Shown: positions 1 to 8,729 of the stretch, piece after piece
Numbering within the stretch: the stretch's first letter is position 1
Layout of the letters: every line of letters starts with the position of its first letter
Assembly: GCA_016186765.1 (NCBI GenBank)
Contig: JACPLD010000002.1
Location: 35,272 to 99,271 of the forward strand
Origin: Candidatus Kaiserbacteria bacterium
GTDB lineage: Bacteria; Patescibacteriota; Minisyncoccia; Phycocordibacterales; UBA2100
Length of the DNA stretch: 64,000 nucleotides
Direction: 5' to 3'
Made by a program: the position numbers and the translations under genes
The notes under the pieces: model-generated
What the model was told of the DNA's origin: nothing
Database searches by the model: none
Seen by the model: the letters and a program-made list of their open reading frames with translations, nothing else

Positions 1-797
1 ACGCTCACGTTGGAGACAATTTTGTTCTCGCCGACGGGGATCTCGGGCGCGATGGCTTTTGCTTCCATTGCTACCATGTCACCACCGCGTCCGTAGGCGT
101 AAGGAATGGGCGGATAGCCTCCCTCGCTCTCGGAAAATCCGATAATGCGAACGAGCCGCACGTTCAACTGCTTCGCAAGTTCCGCCGCTTTCGTGCGTGC
201 GTCTTCGATCGCTTGACCGCGCGCCTCCCGTTTTAGCGCATCCTCGTCGTCAATCGTGAACGAAAGGCCGGAAACAGACGAGGCACCGAGCTCTCCAACT
301 CCCGAAAGCAGATTGCCGGCTTTTTCTGTGTCGCGCACTTTCACCGTGAGCGTCTGCGACACTTGGAACCCTCGCAGCTCCTGTCTTCCCGGAGGGCAAT
401 ACCCATCGCGACACACCGTTTGGATATAGTCATATTGTGGATACACGTTGTAGTCGGCTGTCCTGATGTCTTTTTCCTCGATTCCTTCCCCTTTCAGAAA
501 CGCAATAATCTCGTTCACCTTCTTCGTAGCTACGTCCTGCGCATCCTTCACCTCAACTGCCTCCTCCTGCACTGTCACGCTGAAAGTCGCTGTGTCCGGC
601 ACGGCGAATACCTCGCCTTCGCCGGAGACCGTGATGGTGTTCGTTGCTGGCACGCCAGTGCCGATGTAGCGCAACTCGCTAAACTCGCGTACGACGCCGA
701 CGAGGAGAAACAGCGCCAAGACACCTAAGGCGGTCGCCGCCATCGTGCGCGGCCAGTGCGTTGCGAGGATTATCTTGTCTGCAGTGCGTTCATCCAT
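1..797 (-). CDS. SIMPL (DUF541) domain protein, 3' end runs off window
   Basis: Manual minus-strand translation from ATG 797: TM segment then ITVSGEGEVFAVPDTATFSV...DARTKAAELAKQLNVRL, typical of SIMPL; absent from ORF track because there is no stop in the window. Confidence 0.85.
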   Translation of the reverse strand, partial: MDERTADKIILATHWPRTMAATALGVLALFLLVGVVREFSELRYIGTGVPATNTITVSGEGEVFAVPDTATFSVTVQEEAVEVKDAQDVATKKVNEIIAFLKGEGIEEKDIRTADYNVYPQYDYIQTVCRDGYCPPGRQELRGFQVSQTLTVKVRDTEKAGNLLSGVGELGASSVSGLSFTIDDEDALKREARGQAIEDARTKAAELAKQLNVRLVRIIGFSESEGGYPPIPYAYGRGGDMVAMEAKAIAPEIPVGENKIVSNVS

Positions 798-802
798 AAA
801 GA

Positions 803-837
803 TAGTGGTTAGTGATTAGCCAGTAGTGGTTAGTAAA
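803..837. repeat. Period-7 tandem array, single arm
   Basis: TAGTGGT TAGTGAT TAGCCAG TAGTGGT TAGTAAA. Confidence 0.7.
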
Positions 838-899
838 AGATAGCATATCAATGACCATGACGTTCGAATGAAGTGGATATTACGGCTATACTAGTCGCT

Positions 900-1490
900 A
901 TGGACCCGGGCTTCCTCATGGGGCTCATCGTTGATTACACCTACCTTATCATTGCTCCTGCGGCAATGATCATCGGTCCACCCGTGAGCCTTGTCGCAGG
1001 GGTGCTACTGCGTCTCGACGTTATATCCATAATCCCCACAGCGCTTGCGCTCGCGGCGGGAGAGCTTGGAGCTGACATCCTGTGGTATTGGATCGGCAGA
1101 CGCTACGGCGAGCAATTCGTCGAGCGCTACGGGCGCTACTTCGGCATCACCGAAAGTTCTATAGCCTATGCGAAAGACCTCTACAGCAGGCACCACGACA
1201 TCATTATCTTTACCTCAAAACTCACCGCCGGCTTTGGATTTGCCATGGTCATCCTTTTCACCGCGGGGCTTTCTCGCGTTCCCTTCCGTCGCTACATGAT
1301 GCTCAACATCGCCGGGCAATTCCTCTGGACCGCCGGACTTCTCTCGATCGGTTACTTCCTCGGCCACATTTACCTCAAGGTTGAAAACACCTTCGAAAAG
1401 ATGGCGCTCTTTGCCCTAGTTGCCCTCGTCCTCGCATCGCTCTTCGGCTTCAGCCGCTACCTTCGCTCCGGCATCCATAGGAAGCTGTGA
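900..1490 (+). CDS. DedA/VTT family membrane protein
   Basis: GELGADILWYWIGRRYG and AGLSRVPFRRYMMLN motifs; ATG 900 lies 7 nt after TATACT. Confidence 0.85.
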   Translation: MDPGFLMGLIVDYTYLIIAPAAMIIGPPVSLVAGVLLRLDVISIIPTALALAAGELGADILWYWIGRRYGEQFVERYGRYFGITESSIAYAKDLYSRHHDIIIFTSKLTAGFGFAMVILFTAGLSRVPFRRYMMLNIAGQFLWTAGLLSIGYFLGHIYLKVENTFEKMALFALVALVLASLFGFSRYLRSGIHRKL

Positions 1491-2212
1491 CGGGTATGCT
1501 TTCGATAATCATCCCGGCGCGAGAGGAGGAAAAAATAATCGAGCGCACTATTCGGCAGTTCGAGAGCCTGCGCATACCGCACGAGACAATCGTCTCCGAC
1601 GACGCGAGCTCGGATCGAACAGCCGAGATCGCACGGCGCTTCGCGGATGCCGTCGTTACCTACAATGGAAATAAGCACGTCGTCTCACGTGCGCGCAACG
1701 CGGGCGCGAAGGCGGCGCGCGGCGATATCTTCGTTTTCATCGATTCAGACTCATACTTTCCGGACCCCACCGATTTCTTCGAGCGAGCACGCGCCCAACT
1801 TGAGTCCGACTCCTCGCTCCTCGCGCTTGCAACCGCGCAGTGGGTGCGGAGCGATATGGAGCGCCCGGTCGACAGGCTTGTCTTTGGCCTCGACAATCTT
1901 ATCAATCGCTTTCTCAACAATGTGCTGCACCACGGCGCAGGTGCAGGCAAGTGCATGATCGTGCGAAAGAGCGCGTTCGAGCGTACCGGAGGATTCAATG
2001 AGAACCTCGTGTTCCGAGAGGATGGGGATTTTTTCAGGCGGATCTCGAAGATCGGAAAAGTCCGCTTTGATCCGAACCTTGCGGTCTATCACAGCGGGAG
2101 GCGGCTGCATCGCCTCGGCGTTGTGCGCTTCTACTCAAGCTGGATAATAAACGGTCTCTATACCGTATTTCTAGAGCGCGCTCGCGACAAAGAGTGGAAG
2201 CCGATTAGGTAG
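1487..2212 (+). CDS. Glycosyltransferase family 2
   Basis: SIIIPAREEE, DDASSDRT, RNAGA, FIDSD, GGFNE..ED motifs. Confidence 0.9.
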   Translation: MTGMLSIIIPAREEEKIIERTIRQFESLRIPHETIVSDDASSDRTAEIARRFADAVVTYNGNKHVVSRARNAGAKAARGDIFVFIDSDSYFPDPTDFFERARAQLESDSSLLALATAQWVRSDMERPVDRLVFGLDNLINRFLNNVLHHGAGAGKCMIVRKSAFERTGGFNENLVFREDGDFFRRISKIGKVRFDPNLAVYHSGRRLHRLGVVRFYSSWIINGLYTVFLERARDKEWKPIR

Positions 2213-3017
2213 CCTCCCTTGATTCGACAAACGTCTTGATCACGGCTGAAACATCATCCACATTGTTGAGCACAAGCATGTGGTTTGCATTGGGGAGCAT
2301 CTTGAACCTCGCTTGCGGCATGATGCTGGCAAGCTCGATCCCATGTGCGACGGGGACAAACGAATCGAGTGCGCCGTGCACGATGAGGGTGGGCATCGAA
2401 AGTCGCTTCCAATCGTGATCGCGATAGAACGAATAGACGTGATGCAGGCAGTGGAGGTACGAGCGGATGCCGGTATTCCACACGTCGGCCCAAAGGCGAC
2501 GCATGTCCCAGTCGCTCGAGTAGCCGAGCGTCGAGTAATCAACACGATCACCGCGCCAGTGGATCGACGGAAGTCTGGAGAATATCGCGGTCAATACGGA
2601 AAGCGGCCCGCGCGTGAGACGCGCGAGCAGAGTGCGGTGAACGCCATAATTTGGAGCAAGAAGCACAAGACGCTCAGCGCTCCCCCCGCGCAGCAGGAGC
2701 TCGAGCGCGACGAGTGTTCCAAATGAGTGACCGACGAGGCAATACGTTCCGATTCCAAGATGCGACAAGAGAAGCTCTATGTCCTCCGCAAACAGCTCAA
2801 GGTCGTATTCGCTGTATGTTCGCCACCGCCGCGACTTGCCGTGTCCGCGCAGATCGACCGTGATGATGTTGAATGACGGCTCGAAACGCCCTTCGAACGG
2901 GAACCACGCGGAAGAGCTCCCCGAGAGTCCGTGGAGAAGCACCAGTGTCTGGCGATCGGCCTGCATCTCGCTTACCCTGTAGTAGAGGGCCCGCTGCGGA
3001 AAGAATTCCTCTCTCAT
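2205..3017 (-). CDS. Alpha/beta hydrolase
   Basis: LLHG, DLRGHG, GHSFG nucleophile elbow, C-terminal D and H. Confidence 0.9.
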   Translation of the reverse strand: MREEFFPQRALYYRVSEMQADRQTLVLLHGLSGSSSAWFPFEGRFEPSFNIITVDLRGHGKSRRWRTYSEYDLELFAEDIELLLSHLGIGTYCLVGHSFGTLVALELLLRGGSAERLVLLAPNYGVHRTLLARLTRGPLSVLTAIFSRLPSIHWRGDRVDYSTLGYSSDWDMRRLWADVWNTGIRSYLHCLHHVYSFYRDHDWKRLSMPTLIVHGALDSFVPVAHGIELASIMPQARFKMLPNANHMLVLNNVDDVSAVIKTFVESREAT

Positions 3018-3050
3018 AGGCACCAGTACGCATTAGAGTATACTGCATGC

Positions 3051-3794
3051 GTGAAGATCAGCTTTGTGATCCCCGCATACAACGAGGAGGCCGATATCGG
3101 GCCATGCCTTGAGTCCGTGCAGAAAGAAATTATACGCGAGCGCGCCGATGCCGAGATCATCGTCGTCAACAACGCTTCCACCGACCGCACTGCGGACATT
3201 GCGCGGGGATTTCGGAATGTGCGCGTCGTCGAAGAGCCGCGCAAGGGACTAGTGCGGGCGCGACAGGCAGGCTTCAAAGTTTCCACCGGCGAACTTGTCG
3301 CAAACGTCGACGCCGACACGATGGTGCCACAAGGATGGCTTCACACGGTGCTCCAAGAGTTCGAACGAGACAAAAAACTCGTTGCGCTCAGCGGGCCATT
3401 CATCTACCACGACCTACCGCTTTTCTCCCGCATCCTCGTGCGCGTGTTCTATGCCGCCGGATACCTGATGTACTTTCTCAACAGGTTCGTGTTTCGCATC
3501 GGGTCGATGCTTCAGGGCGGTAACTTCGTTGCGCGTCGCGAGGCACTCCAAAAAATCGGCGGTTTTAATACCTCGATCGAATTCTACGGAGAAGATACCG
3601 ACGTGGCGCGCCGCCTATCGAAAATTGGCAACGTAAAATGGAGCTTTAAGCTCCCAATATACACCTCAGGTAGACGCCTCACACGCGAAGGAATCATTTC
3701 CGTCGGCCTGCGCTACGCGCTCAACTTTTTTTGGACGACCTTCTTCGGAAAACCCTACACACTCGCGTACAAAGACATTCGTCCGGAGAAGTAA
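3051..3794 (+). CDS. Glycosyltransferase family 2
   Basis: SFVIPAYNEE, VNNASTDRT, VDAD, GGF...GED; GTG start after TATACT. Confidence 0.9.
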   Translation: MKISFVIPAYNEEADIGPCLESVQKEIIRERADAEIIVVNNASTDRTADIARGFRNVRVVEEPRKGLVRARQAGFKVSTGELVANVDADTMVPQGWLHTVLQEFERDKKLVALSGPFIYHDLPLFSRILVRVFYAAGYLMYFLNRFVFRIGSMLQGGNFVARREALQKIGGFNTSIEFYGEDTDVARRLSKIGNVKWSFKLPIYTSGRRLTREGIISVGLRYALNFFWTTFFGKPYTLAYKDIRPEK

Positions 3795-3807
3795 CTTCCA
3801 TTTCTTG

Positions 3808-3879
3808 GGTGCCTATCCGGTTCTGCCCCGGAACTGCCAGCTCCACAAGCTGAAGTGCTGCTGTTACACCATAGGCACC
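3808..3879 (-). tRNA. tRNA-His(GTG) with non-canonical D and T loops
   Basis: Acceptor GTGCCTA/TAGGCAC with G-1 and C73, anticodon arm TCAGC-TTGTGGA-GCTGG, T stem TCCGG/CCGGA. Confidence 0.85.
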
Positions 3880-3958
3880 ATCGAACAACGGATTCTAGCA
3901 AAAAAAGCACATGCAGGCGACGCCGCCTTGTGAGAGGGCGGCGTCCAAAAAACCAAAC

Positions 3959-4345
3959 TCACACCGCCGGTTGTGTTGCGCCTGCCAGGGTTCCTTCTTT
4001 CATGCCAAAGCCAGCCCAAAGAGCTACCGCAGCGATGACAAGGTGCAGCAGGTGATCTGCCGTGTTGGTCGCGATGAGCCCCAAAACCGTGTCGCCCTGG
4101 AGAAAGCCCACTACCGCGACAACGGCGTACACCACGCCGAACACCTGAAAGTAGAGACGCGCATAGTTGCCGGCAAGTACGGCACCGAGCGCAAGCGCTC
4201 CGGAGAGAAGGTGGACGACGTTGTGGAGCGGATCCACCATGAATATCCCTAAGAGATGCCCGTCCGGAGTCAATGCCGGGACAAAGCCCAGAACACCGAT
4301 CGCAAGAAATACGATGCCGAAAACCCACGCTAGCGTTTGGATCAT
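3959..4345 (-). CDS. DUF4383-like membrane protein
   Basis: Four TM helices, LHNVVHLLSG and ADHLLH motifs. Confidence 0.75.
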   Translation of the reverse strand: MIQTLAWVFGIVFLAIGVLGFVPALTPDGHLLGIFMVDPLHNVVHLLSGALALGAVLAGNYARLYFQVFGVVYAVVAVVGFLQGDTVLGLIATNTADHLLHLVIAAVALWAGFGMKEGTLAGATQPAV

Positions 4346-4386
4346 ACGACTATGTTCTCTTCTTGTATGGATAATTCGACCTCCTT

Positions 4387-5493
4387 TTAGCGTACCACGA
4401 CCTCAACCGGCACGGGCTCGGCGACGTTTACAACCCTAAATGATACCCCGCCGATGAGCTGGCCGAACTCGGTGACGACGTTCACTCGCCACCGCCCTTC
4501 ACGAAGGCGAGTGTTGATCGAGTAGCCGCGATAGCCTCTCTCACGCCCTCCTACGATCGTGTATGGAATGACCTGCTCTGTCACCCATTTGTCCCTTGTA
4601 TCGTCGTACCACTGCCACTCGTGGGAAACGGCCGTTGAAAGCCCGGTGGGAGCGAAGATCGATGTGTACACATACGCTATCTCTCCGGGTGCGGCGTGAA
4701 ATACGGTGTTGTACCTGAGGTAGCCCTCATACCACTCGACCGGCTCCGCAAGAAGTTGGTACTCGTCGCCCACTCGCTCAACAGTGTGATAGACTCCTCC
4801 ATCTTTCAGCGCGAGAGGTAGGGGTGGAATCGCATTTGTGAAGTAGAGAACGTTGAACACGACAAAGATCGCCCCGATCGAACGAGCGATGGGTGTGAGC
4901 TCCCGCCGCAGCTCCGGCATAACAAACGACTGCACTACAAGGAACGCAGCGATAATGATGAGGCTCGTGAGGCCGCTTGCGACGAACATGTACGGCCCGA
5001 TCCTGCCAAAGAGGAGCGGAACGTAAAAAATGAGAAAGGAAAAGAGCGCGATGAAAAGAATGCTCATTTGGAATGCAAAACGAAGGTAAAAGCGCACGAA
5101 TCGCTCATTCGCGATAAGCAGGAGTGCGATAACGGCAACAAAAATCCAACTTAGTGAAAACGCCGCACTCCTCGAGTACAACGAGAGGAAAGCGATGAAG
5201 AGACCGCCAAAGGCATACTGCGATACGACCGGCAGGACAGGGGTCACTTTCAGGAGCCACCACTGCTGCAATCGCCCTGTCTGAATGAGACTGATGACGA
5301 GGCTGATCGAAGAGGCAAGTGCAAGGTAAAAGAAGAGTACGAGACTCGTTAAGAGCGTGTCGACGCGGCGCAGCAGAAAGAAGGTATCGATGAGAAGTGC
5401 TGCGACAAGCGTAAGAGGCGAGATGTACCGCATGTACCACTCCGCCGCCTCCTCGATACTTTCCGGGAGCTTGGGTAATCGCGGTCGGGGCAT
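4387..5493 (-). CDS. Multi-TM membrane protein with C-terminal DUF2914-like domain
   Basis: About 7 TM segments, then GGRERGYRGYS...GRWRVNV. Confidence 0.7.
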   Translation of the reverse strand: MPRPRLPKLPESIEEAAEWYMRYISPLTLVAALLIDTFFLLRRVDTLLTSLVLFFYLALASSISLVISLIQTGRLQQWWLLKVTPVLPVVSQYAFGGLFIAFLSLYSRSAAFSLSWIFVAVIALLLIANERFVRFYLRFAFQMSILFIALFSFLIFYVPLLFGRIGPYMFVASGLTSLIIIAAFLVVQSFVMPELRRELTPIARSIGAIFVVFNVLYFTNAIPPLPLALKDGGVYHTVERVGDEYQLLAEPVEWYEGYLRYNTVFHAAPGEIAYVYTSIFAPTGLSTAVSHEWQWYDDTRDKWVTEQVIPYTIVGGRERGYRGYSINTRLREGRWRVNVVTEFGQLIGGVSFRVVNVAEPVPVEVVVR

Positions 5494-5494
5494 A

Positions 5495-6055
5495 TCACGA
5501 GCGATAGCTTGGTGGACTCTCTACGACGCCAGCACGATGGTTCGCAAGTCGCGCGAGCGCATAAAAAAGAGACGAGAGGCGGTTTGCATATGCCCGACTT
5601 GATTCAGAAATGGAACGTTCTCCAGATTCATAGAGAGTCACCAAGCAACGTTCGGCGCGCCTAGACACAGCTCGAGCGATATCGAGGCGGGCAGAAAATT
5701 CCGTCCCGCCTGGTACCAAAAACGTCTTGATCTCGGGCAATTCCTTTTCGACCCCATTGATGAGGGCGCTCATTGTCTCGACGCTTGAAGGTGGCACTAA
5801 TTTCGGCGCTCCTGCCGCTTCCGCCTGTATCGTAAAGAGGTGATCTTGCACCTCGTCCAAGAGCTCCTTCACCTTTCGCTCTCCAACAAGAAAATCGTCG
5901 GGGCACGCGACCTTGCACCAGCCGACTATCGTATTGAGCTCATCGAGCTGCCCAAGGCACTCGAACACCGGAGACGACTTCGAGATACGCTCTCCCTTTG
6001 GGGTATCAAAAAGTTTCGTTGTGCCTTTATCGCCTTTCCCCGTAAAAAGAGCCAT
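5495..6055 (-). CDS. pduO: Cob(I)alamin adenosyltransferase, PduO type
   Basis: FTGKGDKGTT, GQLDELN, ARAVSRRAER, NRLSSLFY. Confidence 0.9.
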   Translation of the reverse strand: MALFTGKGDKGTTKLFDTPKGERISKSSPVFECLGQLDELNTIVGWCKVACPDDFLVGERKVKELLDEVQDHLFTIQAEAAGAPKLVPPSSVETMSALINGVEKELPEIKTFLVPGGTEFSARLDIARAVSRRAERCLVTLYESGERSISESSRAYANRLSSLFYALARLANHRAGVVESPPSYRS

Positions 6056-6060
6056 ACGGG

Positions 6061-6144
6061 TGCGCAGGGGGAGACTCGAACTCCCATGCCCTTGCGGGCG
6101 CTACCACCTCAAGGTAGTACGTCTACCAATTTCGCCACCTGCGC
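6061..6144 (-). tRNA. tRNA-Leu(GAG)
   Basis: Cloverleaf with CTACC-TTGAGGT-GGTAG anticodon arm, long variable arm, GTTCGAGTC. Confidence 0.95.
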
Positions 6145-6157
6145 AGCGCAGTAAATA

Positions 6158-6613
6158 TTACTCGGTTTTCGCCTCAACTCCAGTCTTCTCGACTGTAACC
6201 TCCTCTTTGACGTCTACCTCAGTTTCTGCCGCTGACTCCGATGCTGCCGGGATGCTCCCCACCAGACGAGTACGACGCAGCTGTCGGCGCGCTTCGCGTG
6301 CGACTTTCTCACGGATATAGTAGAGCTTCGCGCGTCGAACGCGGCTGCGCTTCACGACCTCGATCCTGTCTATCATAGGAGAGTAGAGTGGGAAAATTTT
6401 CTCAACACCAACACCACTAAGCAGCCGCCGCACCGTAAAGGTCGCGCCCGGTTCACGCCCATGCTTGCGCGCGAGTACCAGTCCCTCAAATGCCTGCAAG
6501 CGATACTTTCCTTTCTCCTCCTCGATCTTCTGCCACACGCGCACCGTGTCCCCTGGCCGGAGATCTAGATTCTTTCGCGCTTCCACATCAACAGGTGAAA
6601 TCTTTATCGTCAT
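6158..6613 (-). CDS. rplS: 50S ribosomal protein L19
   Basis: [33 protein letters not shown]. Confidence 0.97.
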   Translation of the reverse strand: MTIKISPVDVEARKNLDLRPGDTVRVWQKIEEEKGKYRLQAFEGLVLARKHGREPGATFTVRRLLSGVGVEKIFPLYSPMIDRIEVVKRSRVRRAKLYYIREKVAREARRQLRRTRLVGSIPAASESAAETEVDVKEEVTVEKTGVEAKTE

Positions 6614-6623
6614 GACGGCGCAC

Positions 6624-6727
6624 TATACCCCGTGAGATAGGAAATTACAAGATGCATTCCAGACTTGAGAGCGCTGCTGAATCAACACGGGTCCAATTTC
6701 TTACGGTTTCTTATCTCACGGGGTATA
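6624..6727. repeat. Miniature inverted-repeat element with 21-bp terminal IRs
   Basis: TATACCCCGTGAGATAGGAAA (6624-6644) and TTTCTTATCTCACGGGGTATA (6707-6727), one mismatch. Confidence 0.7.
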
Positions 6728-6739
6728 CCACTGCGAATG

Positions 6740-7018
6740 TCAGAAAACAACGTCGAACGAATCGAATTCTTGCAAAGGAGAGCGCCACTCGACATCGATA
6801 TCCGAAACGCGTGCGAGAAATGGTCCTTTGCGCAGATGTTCGATGAGTTTTTCGAGCTTGTCGCGGTAGCCTTGCGCGACGACCTCGACACTGAAATCTG
6901 GTGTGTTGCGCACAAACCCCGTGAGAGCCAAGTGGCGTGCGTGCTTTGCAACGAAATCGCGATAGAGGACACCTTGGACTTTTCCCTTCACGATGCATCG
7001 CACTTCTTCGATTTCCAT
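6740..7018 (-). CDS. acyP: Acylphosphatase
   Basis: VKGKVQGVLYR and LTGFVRN motifs. Confidence 0.93.
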   Translation of the reverse strand: MEIEEVRCIVKGKVQGVLYRDFVAKHARHLALTGFVRNTPDFSVEVVAQGYRDKLEKLIEHLRKGPFLARVSDIDVEWRSPLQEFDSFDVVF

Positions 7019-7019
7019 G

Positions 7020-7091
7020 TGCGCGCTGAGGGATTCGAACCCCCGACCTTCGCTGTGTAAAAGCGTTGCTCTACCACTGAGCTAAGCGCGC
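7020..7091 (-). tRNA. tRNA-Val(TAC)
   Basis: GCGCGCTTAGCTCAGTGGTAGAGC...TTTACAC...GGTTCGAATCC. Confidence 0.95.
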
Positions 7092-7093
7092 AT

Positions 7094-7211
7094 CCCCTCC
7101 GGCAGCTTGGAAACCCTCGGTTTTCCAACGCTCGCTTCGCTCGCTGCCTTCCTCCACGGGAAACTTCCTTTTCCCGACCCCTTCCCCTACCGAGGGGCCT
7201 CGCGAAGCGAG
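7094..7211 (-). repeat. Structured tRNA 3' trailer element
   Basis: Several short palindromes; 12-nt reverse complement of the tRNA-Arg 3' end at 7186-7197. Confidence 0.55.
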
Positions 7212-7283
7212 TCCCCTCGGTAGGAATCGAACCTACATAGCCGGCTTAGAAGTCCGGTGTTCTATCCATTGAACTACGAGGGG
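7212..7283 (-). tRNA. tRNA-Arg(TCT)
   Basis: CCCCTCG acceptor, CTTCTAA anticodon loop, GGTTCGATTCC. Confidence 0.95.
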
Positions 7284-7312
7284 GAGTCCCTGCATCGTAT
7301 AACTTCCTGCGG

Positions 7313-7645
7313 CTATTTTGAAGGGTCGGCAATCTCTGGTGGATTCTTTTTGAGATACTCGTAGTGCGTGCGGCGCGCCTCGAATTGCTCCAGGGCCGAT
7401 TCAAGTTCCCCTGTATTGAACGGAATACTACCACCTCCACTCGAAAGAAGCGGCGTCTCCACCTCCTCTTCAAAGATTGAATACGACTTCACTCCCGCAA
7501 AGATGGCAAGGAGCAAAAATAGTAGCGCTGCAAGGATGAGAAGCATTCGCCAGTACATGTCCGCGAGTACGCGGAGCTTCTCGGGCTCATGACGATACTG
7601 CCACGTATCGCGTATGCAGGCAGAAAGTCGTTTGAGCCATCTCAT
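7313..7645 (-). CDS. Hypothetical single-TM protein, last gene of pilMNO operon
   Basis: Overlaps the stop of the upstream gene; one hydrophobic helix. Confidence 0.65.
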   Translation of the reverse strand: MRWLKRLSACIRDTWQYRHEPEKLRVLADMYWRMLLILAALLFLLLAIFAGVKSYSIFEEEVETPLLSSGGGSIPFNTGELESALEQFEARRTHYEYLKKNPPEIADPSK

Positions 7646-8199
7646 ATTGCAGGAATATCGGCTGTCGTGAGAAATCGCACTTTGGTGACCACCCGCCACA
7701 GACTTCGTGCAGACTTGCCGCTTTCGGGGCTTCCCAGTCGCTCGAACTGCAACTCGTCAAGAGCAGAGGGAAGCGGGAGCGATTCGAGGAATGCAACGAC
7801 GTGGGCCACCTGAGTGAACGATCCTTGTGAGTCTATCGTGAACGATGCGGTTCGAAGAGGAGAGGACTCGCTTGCGGCAATTGTGGGAGCCTGCCCGATC
7901 TGTATCGGAATTCCGGTGTCTCGCGCGAGCGCTTCAATCGTGTCAAGAATTTCCAAAAGATCGGCGTCCGAGAGCTCTTCAAGCTCTGCGCGCGCCTCTT
8001 TCGTCTCACGCGCTATCGCGTGCAGCCGAAGGGCTGAGGAGTGTTCGGCCGACTCCTCTTGCATACGCGCGATCGTTGCGCGGTGTTCCTCGGCTGCGGC
8101 AGAGATAGTCCATGCAAAGTAACCAACGGCAGCCCACAGCAAAAGCGCGAGTGCGAATGCGAGCCACGACACGTACCGGGTGACAAGAATGTTCAGCAT
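7642..8199 (-). CDS. PilO-like type IV pilus alignment protein
   Basis: N-terminal TM, coiled coil, ferredoxin-like QGSFTQVAHVVAFLESLP; operon position. Confidence 0.65.
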   Translation of the reverse strand: MLNILVTRYVSWLAFALALLLWAAVGYFAWTISAAAEEHRATIARMQEESAEHSSALRLHAIARETKEARAELEELSDADLLEILDTIEALARDTGIPIQIGQAPTIAASESSPLRTASFTIDSQGSFTQVAHVVAFLESLPLPSALDELQFERLGSPESGKSARSLWRVVTKVRFLTTADIPAI

Positions 8200-8207
8200 A
8201 CAAAGTA

Positions 8208-8720
8208 CTAAAAGGTGCCGGTAATCGTGAGCGTAAAGCGGCTCCCCGCCGTGCCAGCGAGAGCACCGATCGGCACGGTCACGCTCGAGAAACGCGCATC
8301 CCTTGAGAGAATCTCCCGATACGCATTGATGTCGTCACGCGACTTGCTCGTGCCACTAAGAACGATCATGCCTTCTTCTCCCCGCTTAAATGACATGCTC
8401 GTGATGACGGTGCCTGCTGGCCGAACACTCAGTATCTCCCCGAGCATATCGAGCGATGAGGTTGTCGAGGCAACTGGTGCGATATCTCGCAGAATGAGCC
8501 GCGCGCGCGCGAGCTCCTCGCGGTCTTCGCTCTCCGACAGCACTCCGGGAGTGGGGGACGAGCCCTCTCTCGGCGCGCCCACTATTGCGTACACAGGGAG
8601 GAGCGAAAGGAGCGCAACAACGCCGCAGACGATTGCAACGAGCGACCCTGTCCCCAAAAAGCGGGCGCGGAAATAGCTCCGTACCTGCTTGAGCTCTCGC
8701 GGCGAAAGAAGGTTTGCCAT
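8208..8720 (-). CDS. PilN-like protein
   Basis: N-terminal NLL motif, TM, IVLSGTS...FSSV; follows pilM. Confidence 0.7.
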   Translation of the reverse strand: MANLLSPRELKQVRSYFRARFLGTGSLVAIVCGVVALLSLLPVYAIVGAPREGSSPTPGVLSESEDREELARARLILRDIAPVASTTSSLDMLGEILSVRPAGTVITSMSFKRGEEGMIVLSGTSKSRDDINAYREILSRDARFSSVTVPIGALAGTAGSRFTLTITGTF

Positions 8721-8729
8721 ACAGCAGCA

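Noticed and set aside
6665-7060. 131-aa plus-strand ORF
   Set aside because: Overlaps acylphosphatase and tRNA-Val on the opposite strand; no motif.
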